A stretch of DNA of 64,000 nucleotides from Lingula anatina. Taxonomy: Eukaryota; Animalia; Brachiopoda. The stretch is taken from assembly GCA_051362555.1 (NCBI GenBank), contig CM120649.1, positions 1,860,001 through 1,924,000 of the forward strand, read 5' to 3'. This document shows positions 49,781 through 60,674 of the stretch, piece by piece; the first letter of the stretch is position 1, and the number at the start of each line of letters is the position of its first letter. The translations under genes were made by a program, and so were the position numbers. The notes beneath the pieces were generated by a model. That model was not told the origin of the DNA, did no database searches, and worked only from the letters and a program-made list of their open reading frames with translations.

Positions 49781-52700
49781 ATGAATAAACAGAGATTAAC
49801 TACAGGTAGCTGAAATATGCTACGGCACGGCTTCACGCTTGAGGCGCTGAAGCGTACATGTGATTTAAGATGAAATGCGTTTAGAAGCAACTAGCTTTCT
49901 ATCACTTCTTCTCAATACATTCTGGATTTCACCACCTCACTAAAAAAACTGATCTTGTTGATGTTGATTTTGAACACCTCTAATAACATTTCACCAAAGA
50001 AATGTCAAGTCCAAAAATTTTTGACCAAAATTTTAGCCTACTTTGAAGCACGATAAAAAAGTTCATACTATTACAATTAAATGAAAAATTGATTTTTAAT
50101 GACCAAAAAAAGATATACATGTACACAATGTTTCGTCCGAGTATTTACTTAATAAAAGTGGACAATTGAATACATTTATCTTGAACTTCCTTTACTCAGA
50201 GTGCTGTGTGAAGCAAGTCACCTGGGCTGGTGATAAAATGCTCTTCTCTAACTTGAAATACAGCTATTTAATTCTTTAATCAACTCGTTTAAACCGACTC
50301 AAGTTCTGATGCGTGACGAGGAACAATTGACCCTAATTTTAACTTAGTTCAAATATCCTTAGTCACAAATATTAGCCCCACTATAGCAAAAGGGTATACG
50401 TCGCAAGTATGAAGCATTTTCGAAATATAAACGTCTCCTGGTTTTGTGATTGTTTGTACATTTGTACTTTTCAAACTATAAACTTGCACGAACAAAATCT
50501 TAAACACCGAAACGCCAGAATGAGTCAATTTCTCATAGATATTCCCTGTTAAAACATTTGTCGTCCATTACCTTATTAAGGTTAATGCAGAAAAATTGCC
50601 TGTAAGGCTGCAACTGTAAAACGCCCAATAGAACTACTTAATCTCACGACCTGTGACCGCCTCTCATTGTAAAGCAGCTTATAATTCCATATCCTATGTA
50701 CGTTTTTAGTCAAACATTTGCAATATCTACGGTAGACCCAGAAGGAGTAACGGCGGGCACATGCCACACACACCCTGCGCCCCGCCCCTTTAAGCTTCGG
50801 ATGTACCTCCCTCCCCCCCCCCCCCCCTCACAAACACATATAATGTCATATTGAGCAAATTGGAATAGAAATAATCAAACCCTTTCCGTGAATGTAAAAT
50901 CTTATAAAAAGGCGGAGAAATTCCTTCATCATATCAATTATTTCTTTATTTCTCCTGCGAGCTATACAGGTGGGGGATATACAGCGAAAACGAAATATAG
51001 TTACGTGAAGATTGCCTGACATCTTTTTAACCTTGGCTGAGCTTGCCAATAAAAACGCGTCTATTAATTTACTCTTTTGATGATGAGAACACAGACAGTG
51101 ACAGAGGTGAGATCATGAACAACACCCCGCCCTGTGTGTTACTGTTCGTAACAGTTCTGTATACTCGAGCTACCTATGGTGATAATGGATCATTGAAACT
51201 ACAGACTTGACATTTAATATGGAATATTTCAGTTTCGAAGGTATGCCTAGGTAAAAATGCATCCTTTTTTCAAAAAACTCAGATCTCATATAAAATATGT
51301 GAATGGAGAAGTGTGTAGTCAGGTGTGTCGCTTCCAATTCACTGAATTCCAGGTTTGTTGCGCTGCTGCATTATGTAATATGCAGTGATTTAATTGGGTA
51401 GTGCTCCTTTGGGCAGGTCAAAGCTTGGCTTTGGCAAAGCATGGTTCTTCCAAAAAAGTATCCATATGTCGGTAACTACTGCATAGAAGAATTTGAAATT
51501 TGGCATGCAAGTGGTCAGTTTTGCAAGGTGTAAAATGAGCTATGCACTGCTCCGCAAATTTGTTAATCTGTGGCAGAATGGCTCGAAAAAGCCAGGCATT
51601 GCCAGACAGATAATTGCGCCAAACGAAACGGTCCGCACAGTTTTATAGAGTAATGTCCAGACTGATGCACCTACACAGAGACCACACCCAATGTATTGAA
51701 ACCTTACCACCAGGGTACAGGACGTACTGTCTGTCGGGATATGTTGTTGCAACTAAACAAAAACCACTCAGTCCGTTCAGAATGAGGGGTAAATTGCCAC
51801 CAAAACGCATTTTTTCAAGGCCCTTAGCGAACACCAAACTGGTTTTAGCTGGTTAGAATACCAGACGACCTCGGGGGAACCCACTGTAAACAGCAAAACA
51901 TCGCTGTATGTTTCTCTAATGAATTGGGGACCTTGACTGTTTCTGAGTTGAACACTGAAAACTCGTGGCTTTCTTTATTGAGGTCAGTTTTCACCTATAC
52001 CGCTCAACTTGTCAAAACAGAATTTACAGACATCTAGAAGAGGCCAACAACTAAGCGTGTGCCGCGTTTAAAGTGACTAAGTTCATTAACAGCGTCGGTA
52101 ATTGGAGCGGATACCACATTGGTGCCAAAACACCAATGATGGTCATCCACGAAAACCTGAACCAGATCAAATAAAGGAATAATCTGGGAACCACTTGACA
52201 ATCATTTGACAGGGGGCACCTTAGGAACAATTTTAGGTTGCACGGTGAAATTGCCGGTACACACAGAGCACTTTTAAAAGCAGATTACTTACAGAACCAA
52301 GGGAATGAGCAGCTACCTTGGTAATCAAAATCGCCACATTTGAACCACATAGACAATATGTGGGTAGGTCATTACTCGCCGAATCAATGGCCTACATGTC
52401 CTACAACAAAACTGGACCAAATTGGACAGATTTTGACCGATGCCTGGAATTTTATTCCAGATTTAACTCTAAAAACCTAACCCAAGGAATGCCTTGCCCC
52501 TTGAGAGCGCTGGTAGCAGACAGAAGAGGTCAAGCGTAACAGCGACCGTTACTGTGACTAGACACTGACATGGGGGTTCTTTGTGAGGCGTGTAACTCTT
52601 TTACAGAAAATAATTTGGAAAATATGGAGATCCAAAATATCTCTTTTAATTGTTGTCGTATGACATAGAATAGGCAATGTGTTTTTGTTTGCTTCTCTGG

Positions 52701-52923
52701 CGAATTCCATTAATTAACTGAAGACACAATGACATCAAAAGGATAATTAAAAGTTATTAAAACCCAATTTTAAGCCTTATTTTCATTTATCGGTCAGCAA
52801 AATAGGAAAAAACTGATGAAAAATGATTTGGAAAAAAATATTCCATATTAAATGTCAAGTCTGTAGTTTAATATCATTTGGTGTACGAGGTGTTAGGTAT
52901 TTATTTTTACTTTTCTTCGTGTT

Positions 52924-52972
52924 ATCTCTCTCTCCCCATCTCTCTCTCTCTCCCCTCTCTCTCTCTCCCCCC

Positions 52973-53030
<58 letters not shown>
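52924..53030. repeat. (CT)n microsatellite
   Basis: Direct reading. Confidence 0.95.
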
Positions 53031-53035
<5 letters not shown>

Positions 53036-53884
53036 AAGCAAGCAAGCAACCAAGAAAGTAAGCAGGAATGCAAGCACAGACACATGTACACACACGCACG
53101 CACAGTGTTATTCAAGGTGAACACACTCCATTTTCACTGTATCTCTTCACGCTACACATCAAGGCCGGAATGTGTAGCCTCAATAGCCGCTGTTCAAAAT
53201 AGTAACAAAACAGATATAGAGTTTCACCTGGGGAAGAATGGTGACCTCTGCAGCAATCCTGCATATTTTCACTATCACCTGGCAGGTAAAAAAATGTGAC
53301 TGCGTCGCCCTGTCATTACTGCGGTCTCAGTAATCTTATGCCTTCAGATGACCCGATAGTGGTTATGTACAAGTGCAGTTTACAATGCACACAAGGGGGT
53401 TTGTTTGCGAGCCTGGATCGCAGCACTTGTAAAACCATACCCTCGTACCAGTGCCACGGTTATTCTCTGCACTGTGAGAAAAAAGTCCACATAATAAAAA
53501 ATGCAGTCCTACGGGGCAGTAAAACCGCGGGGGCAAGTTTTTGATTCTCTTGTTTGTATTAATTTGTATTAAGTGCACGTGAGGTCTTTTAAAAGATATC
53601 GTGCTATCGCACGCACGTGCACACGCATGCGGACGCACGGGCACACATGCACACACATGTACGCACACACGCACGCACAGAGAAAAATATACACACGCAC
53701 GGCAACGTTTATACACACAAACATACATTACAAGTGGACATGCGATTACACTGCACCCCAATCTGTTCTTGTTCTTTATTTATTTATTTATTTATTTTTT
53801 AAATTTAAGGCTAATATTTTCAATCAGATTAGCCCGCCTAGATTTTAACATTATATAAACACGTGGGTGTTGTAGACCTAGCAC

Positions 53885-53929
<45 letters not shown>

Positions 53930-54689
53930 TCCATTTATTTTTATTGTTTGACTTGGACGCGATGCAGGGAAAGCGCGGGTCCTTTAAGAACTGTTTTGTT
54001 GTGGCCTAGCCTACTGTCCTTAACTCGACCTCATTTCTGTTTCTATAATTTAAGTCCATATCTTTGAATCATGCGTAGGCCTACGATAGTTATGACTAGA
54101 CCTATATTTATAAACAATAGGTACGTGTGGTTTACAGTATAGGCCTATATAAATCAAAGTTTGCTATTAAAACCGCAGTTGGCCTTAAGACGATTTAAAG
54201 ATAGACCCCTATGCTATCACCGCATATTTATGTCTGAAAAAAGAAAAAATACATGTTCTTCACCTTTTCTACACAGTTTGATGAATTTTGTTATCAGCTG
54301 GAAATGAACAGAAAATACTCGTGTGCGCCTTGCCTAGATGTATCGACCCGTATAGGTGCACGTACGTGTATACATATATATATAGGCCTATAGGCATAGG
54401 GCCCACCGGTAGGCCTACTCCATATAAAATATAGGATCTAGCCTCTTCCAGGCTCTTGATTTCTTAGGTTCTATCTTTTTATCCGAAGACATAAAAAAGA
54501 TGCATTTATCTAAACATCCACTATGAAAACTTCCAATTTTTTTAATGTTGAGGCTTGTGAAATTGCATGTGGTTATCTACTTCGCCACTAGTAATAGCCC
54601 GGCCTGGATCAATCGCAACAACCGCAATTTATTTCGTTTTTAGCAATGAGCAATAACTTGCCATCGATTAACTCTATTAGTCGTCGGTT

Positions 54690-54827
54690 CGATTTCCGGG
54701 TTCAAGAAAAAGCCAAAGGCGCAGGGACACGTCAGTGTTATTTTCTAATCAGTAAGTAGTGCAACAGCGGTCAAGTGTTTCACATATGGAGAATATATAA
54801 CTATTATGGTTGCCGTCAAGTTAGTGG
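54690..54827 (+). other. Candidate first exon of the serpin, with two alternative donors (54752, 54828)
   Basis: CA|GTAAGT at 54752; ATG 54806 gives MVAVKLV g|GTGAGA, in phase with acceptor tttcAG at 55437. Confidence 0.5.
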
Positions 54828-55415
54828 GTGAGAGTACATTTTAGCATGTGGCATGGCAAATTTAAATCACTTGGAATGTGAATTAAACAACCGAATGATC
54901 TCTGTCACTCATCGTGCATTTACTATATACTAGTACGTAATCGTAATCATCAAACTACTGGTGCAATGTGCATGAACTTGTGCATGTAAGCGGGGTAGAT
55001 TCATGGGTCCCATTAGTAATTACAAGTACCGTACCTGTATTTAAAAAGTGTAAGAAAATTCATGATTTTTTAAATGCTGTACCAATTTAGGCTGTCACTA
55101 GATCATCACTACAAACAAGGCCAGCTTAACTTACTTCACTTATTTCAGCTGTGTTACTCTTAGCATTGTGACCTACTGAGTATTGTGTTTACCCTGTAAC
55201 TATTTTCACGTATGATACGTTAGCAATATAGAGTGGTTAATCTATATCCGTTGTTTCACTTTTTCTGCACATAACGGTAGAAACATGCATTACTAGTACT
55301 AAGTTTTATGCTGAACAAGGGTTATTAATTTTATTTTTGTTTAAAATGAACAACACATAATTAAACTTTTTTTTTTACTTATCTTAAAAGGAATAATTTT
55401 GACTTAATTGTTTGC

Positions 55416-56699
55416 ATGATATTTTCTTTCATTTCAGTTATCTTAACATTCCAGCTGGGAATTCTCCAACAGGGGGCAGCCAAAGACACAGGACAAGACA
55501 AAACCATGGCAACACAACAACAAGATCCATCCACGGACTTCTCCATTCTGGCTGGAATAAACAATGAATTTGCAATAGACATTTATCAGCTGCTTTCTAA
55601 GGGTGCTCCCAGCAATGCAAATATCTTTATATCACCTTTCAGCATCCTTAGCGCCATGGCGATGACTTATGCTGGCAGTCGTAACGAGACCAAATTCCAA
55701 ATGGACAGAGTCTTACGTTTTGGCAAATACAGTGGGGAAGATCTTCACGCCTCCTTTCAAACCCTAAATTCAGTGTTGTTTGGAAAGAAAGATAATTATA
55801 CCTTAGAGTGTGCCAACAAGCTGTATGCCCGGAAAGGATATAATTTCCTGCAGGACTATCTGGCACTGACAAAATCATTCTATGGGGCTGAACTGGAAGA
55901 GAAGGATTTTGCTACTAAACCAGAAGAGGCACGTCTCGAAATCAACCAGTGGGTGGAAGAGCAGACAGCTGAGAAAATAAAAAACCTGCTACCAGAGGGC
56001 GCTATAAATTCTTTGGTTGCCATGGTGCTTGTCAATGCAGTTTATTTCAAGGGAAACTGGGCCAGTCAATTTGATCCAAAGCAAACTCAGAAAGCACCAT
56101 TCCAGCTGACCTCAACAAATAAGATACAAGTTGACATGATGTACCAAAAAAGTAAATTTCCACTTGGATATAGCGAGGAACTAGAGTGTCAAATCCTGGA
56201 GATTCCATATGTCGGAAAGGACTTGAGCATGCTGATTTATCTCCCAGACAAGATTGATGGTCTGAAAGACTTGGAATCCAAGATGACTTCGAGCCTGCTA
56301 GAGACCACCGCCAGAGATCTTTTTTCAGAAACAGTAATGGTAAAATTGCCCAAGTTTAAGCTCACAGAAGAGTATCGCCTCCACGAAAAGCTGGGCCAGA
56401 TGGGAATGCCAGATTTGTTCACAGAAGGCGTGGCCGATTTATCTGGAATGGATGGTACCAGAATGTTGTTTTTATCCCAGGTGCATCATAAGGCTTTCAT
56501 TGATGTCAACGAGGAAGGAACAGAGGCGGCGGCAGCAACAGCAGCAGTAGTCATGTTGCGAAGTGCAAGGCCAAGGAACATAACCTTTGTTGCTGATCAC
56601 CCATTTTTGTTTTTCATCCGTGATAATAAATTGGGCGCCGTGTTGTTTATGGGCAGGTTACAGACGCCTGCTGGTCCCGCTGTGAAGGATGAACTGTAG
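55416..56699 (+). CDS. Inhibitory serpin (leukocyte elastase inhibitor/neuroserpin-like) with C-terminal KDEL
   Basis: Uninterrupted serpin fold: NIFISPFSI, INQWVEEQT, LVNAVYFKGNW, hinge EEGTEAAAATA, P1-P1' R-S, FVADHPFLFFI; ends AVKDEL*. True start is uncertain: 55416, spliced 54806, or Kozak-like accATGg at 55506. Confidence 0.97.
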   Translation: MIFSFISVILTFQLGILQQGAAKDTGQDKTMATQQQDPSTDFSILAGINNEFAIDIYQLLSKGAPSNANIFISPFSILSAMAMTYAGSRNETKFQMDRVLRFGKYSGEDLHASFQTLNSVLFGKKDNYTLECANKLYARKGYNFLQDYLALTKSFYGAELEEKDFATKPEEARLEINQWVEEQTAEKIKNLLPEGAINSLVAMVLVNAVYFKGNWASQFDPKQTQKAPFQLTSTNKIQVDMMYQKSKFPLGYSEELECQILEIPYVGKDLSMLIYLPDKIDGLKDLESKMTSSLLETTARDLFSETVMVKLPKFKLTEEYRLHEKLGQMGMPDLFTEGVADLSGMDGTRMLFLSQVHHKAFIDVNEEGTEAAAATAAVVMLRSARPRNITFVADHPFLFFIRDNKLGAVLFMGRLQTPAGPAVKDEL

Positions 56700-58443
56700 C
56701 AAGGTCACATATTACCTGCTGAACTTTGGTTTTGCATCTACCTGTAACTCTGATGACAAAATGAGATTCAAAACACTGGACCTGAACACTTACATTTTTT
56801 CTGATTGTAAATTTTTGAGAGATATTTATTGGTTGATTGCCGGATGGATTCATTCTTTCATTTGATTGTATATTTCATTGTTATTGTTACAATTAATAAT
56901 ACCAGTGATTAAATGTTGTGAAAGATTATATTAAAAAAGGCATTATTATCAGTGGTAGGATAGCTTTATTCTACAGTACATACTTGTGTACCAGATAGCA
57001 TACTACTGGGCAGTAATTTATTTTATAGATTAAAGATCTAATTTTTGCCAGTGACTGTAATCAAGTGATTTTTGCTTTATTATTTTCTGTTTACCTTGGG
57101 CCAGATAATACAGTTATTTCAGGACTTTAATACTGTACTCTGGTATTGTATTATATGTTATGTGCTGGTTCACTGCATATTGAATTGAATCACTTTTTTT
57201 TCTGAAAAATGATATATATACTAGTAGATGTAGGTTGACTTAATGAAAAAAAATCAGTTTTAGAGACAAATCATCTTTGCCTAGTGTATTCAGATTTTTA
57301 GATTTAATTAATATACACTGTTAAATACGGATTCATATTTATTCAGACTTTTGAGAACACGATGCATTATTACAAACTTTGAAAGCGAGTTTTAAGCTTG
57401 GAAATAGGACTTAAGTGATAGAAAAGATCTTGTGATTCTGTTAATGATAAGATTCTTTTACCAAATATTTGATGTTTCATTTTAAATTCATACCCTGATG
57501 TACATGTATACTCCTCATAAATAATAAAAAAGATTTGTTATTGATGGATTTTCCCACAAGAACTTTCTGGAAAGATATTTGATTAAATTTATATGTTCTG
57601 TATTAAATAGATCGATCTGGCTTATAATAATTACAGTTAATTTGTTGTACTGTTTATCAAGTTCCAACTAGTATATGTTGATTTTATACATGTAAAAGCT
57701 AATACATGTATACAATTCTGAATTGAAATGCAGAAAAATCGTATGTCGTTGAAAATGAAATATGACGATTCTTAGTATAAACGTGAAATCGGTTCCAAGC
57801 TGTGTGAAAAAGTACATCTACAGTTCGCTATACATCACAACAGCAATATCGTTCCAGCTTTAAAAAAAACATGATCTAATTCATGAAGTACTTTTATAGC
57901 GCACGTTCGCATCTAACACAATAACGCAATGAAGTCAACCATGTGTGAGCGCAACACCTGTATACGATCTTCAAAACATCGCCTGAAAATATGTATCTGT
58001 CTTGTTCAAACATGTCCCCTCTTTATAATCGAATGACGCAGCACCGCGTACATGTAGTAAGATTATATACTAGTATATCTGATGTGTGCCTTGACGAACA
58101 TTTTGAACAAATTAAGACAGTAGGTGGAATCTGAACCATATTAGTTAATGGGATGGGCAGTCCCAATTTTTAAAATTTCCCCGTACCCCACTGTACATGT
58201 ACCATCTCAATGAAGGTCGTTGGGTTGGGGCATGTTCTGAGACCCAGATATTATCAGTTCTTATTCCTCACTGATTATCAGGGTTTGGGATATGGAGGAT
58301 GAACTTACGCCGTACTTGTTCCCAAATTCTTCTTGGTATCCTGACTCTGTCAGTGAGAGTAAAAGTCTAATCTTTTATTCTGTTTCCTTCATTATTTTAT
58401 TTTATTTGGTTGTAAATGTCCACGCTAAGTTTTATGGGTAACC

Positions 58444-58475
<32 letters not shown>

Positions 58476-58659
58476 CTTCCTGACCAAGGCTTTGGACTGT
58501 TTTCCGCGCTATCTACGGTTGCCAGACCACGATATCTCCAAGGATGCACACGTTCCGCGACACTTAAACGGAGTAAAGTGCAGAGACGCATGTTTGTAAT
58601 CCTTTTATTGTTTCTTGCCCTGAATATCCCGCGGCGTAATTACTGGCAGCGCGAGCCAG

Positions 58660-58807
58660 TTACTTCCGTGATCACAAGATACCGCGAATAGAAAATAGGT
58701 TTTTAGAAAATAGACTTTCCATGTGAACGGTCCCTGAGGCACACTCAGAATATGCAGTAAGAGAAGACTGGATTCCTAAACTGTCAGAAAAGGAGATAGT
58801 GTCGAAG
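58660..58807 (+). promoter_or_regulatory. Candidate promoter and non-coding first exon of the ROCO gene
   Basis: CpG-enriched patch with an ETS-like acttccg; strong donor gaag|GTAAGC at 58808; candidate acceptor tttttcaAG at 60303. Confidence 0.4.
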
Positions 58808-60674
58808 GTAAGCTACAGGGAGAGTCTATTATAATTAGACCCATTAACACACACGTGTGCGATAGCAACTCTTATGTTCTCAGTGTTCTAGTTTGTAAAG
58901 CCCGGTTGCAATTTGACTATGGTTTTGCGTTCTTCATTATATTTATAACAAGTGAAAGAGAGAATATTGCTTTTAAAATAATTAAAATCTGACATGTCCT
59001 GCCCTTGTATTAGGTCATGTGATAGCCGCTATCTATTGCGGTACCGGTAGTACGTGACATCACAACAGTAGTCTTTTCTGCATCGAGCATTGCAGTTTAA
59101 ATAGGTTATCTGTTAAACAAATAAATTAAGCATTGCTGCACATGCATCAAACCCCTGGCATGAAGTGACCCCTCTGTACACATTTTCACCCTATTTAAAC
59201 AATGTATATTAACGAGTTGCAATGTATTATGATAAAATACCTGCTCAGCTGGGGGTGGTTTTTATCTCTATTTTTGGCGTTCTCTTAGCCTATAACACGG
59301 GGCGGTTAAGTTGTGAAGTTTGTTCTTAAACGAATATAATATAGTGTAGAGTCTAAAGTGTGAATTGTGCACTAGGCCTATAGTTGTATTTAAAAGAAAA
59401 GTAAATTATTTAGGTGTAGTCTGTTTTATCGCTCGTGGAGAAAAGGGCGACATTACGAAAAACGCTGGAAAATCAACGGGAAAAGCGTTAACGCTACGAA
59501 AGGAGCTCAAATAAAATATAATGCAGGAGCTCAAATAAAAAAAAATGTTGCAGGGTAGTGTGATAATTTAATTTTTTTTAATTCGAAAGGTAATTGAATA
59601 TTTATGAATTAAAGATGCATACAAAGTCAATTTTTTGTCACAAAAAACCAACCAAATGCCAGCATATAGCTTCAAGTAGTATAACTAAGAGAATTACCAA
59701 AAGGCATTGTTTAATTTTACCCGAAAATGATGTTTGAACAGATTTTTCTGCTGGCATTCTAAGCTGCAAAATATGTCAATGGGGAGGAAAGTACGTCACA
59801 AAAGTAGGTTAAATTTACAACCAAAAAATTAAAGAAAGGATCAGTCTAAAGGTCTTTTATGGCTGATCGAGTGATCTTTTCAGTTTATCCCTTGGCATGT
59901 CGAATTTATTTGAGTCATATAAGAATCTAGTAGAAGTGGTTTACATGTGTTACTGGGAATCCACGCTCCACCGATGCTCGGTTCGTATGTACCTTTAAGA
60001 TAATTTGGACTTTGAAAAGAAATCTAAACAATATTTCCTAGTAACATAAAAAGTTAGTCTAACAACGTGACTAGTATGTCACGTCTACCTGAAATATGCA
60101 ATACTCTGAAATTAACTTGTTCAATCATTGATAAAAACATTCTCTTACTATGACTAAGTTGCAAAAGAGCTGACAAAATCCTCGAAAAATTGAAAATTGA
60201 TAAATTTTTTACTTGCCGAATGCTTTGAATAAACATGATATTGATTAACTGTTTACAATATATTTACAAAGCATCAGTTAACTTCAGTATTTCATTTTTC
60301 AAGGTAACCATCCACCCAGAACAGGGTTTCATGGACGTGGTGCATGTGTGTCGTCTTGAAAAGTTCACACCGAGTGTTACCACAAAAATCACACTCCCTA
60401 AAATGAGCCACAAGCGTTCTGACAAGAGATGATGATTATGCCCAAATTAAACGCGTTCGTCGCGTTTTATCAAAGATGTTGCCACATGAGATCCTGACAT
60501 TACATTAACATTTCTACTGGTCATTTTTACTGGGGTTGATTAAAAATATCAAAAACAGCGAGCATAAATAAGGCATCATTTCGACTGTTGTCATGACGAG
60601 TCGGCGATCTGCATAAAATCTGGATATCTAAAAAGACGAGAAATATATGGACGACGACGACATATATTGCAAAA

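Noticed and set aside
51240-52505. Possible DNA transposon remnant with short ORFs
   Set aside because: Weak terminal similarity and no TSD; boundaries unsupported.
52823-53858. ORFs of 61-158 aa
   Set aside because: Produced by (CT)n and (CA)n simple repeats.
58445-58473. Poly-C/G tract as a promoter G-quadruplex
   Set aside because: Similar tracts are scattered through the window (8941, 39248, 48853, 50814); not specific.
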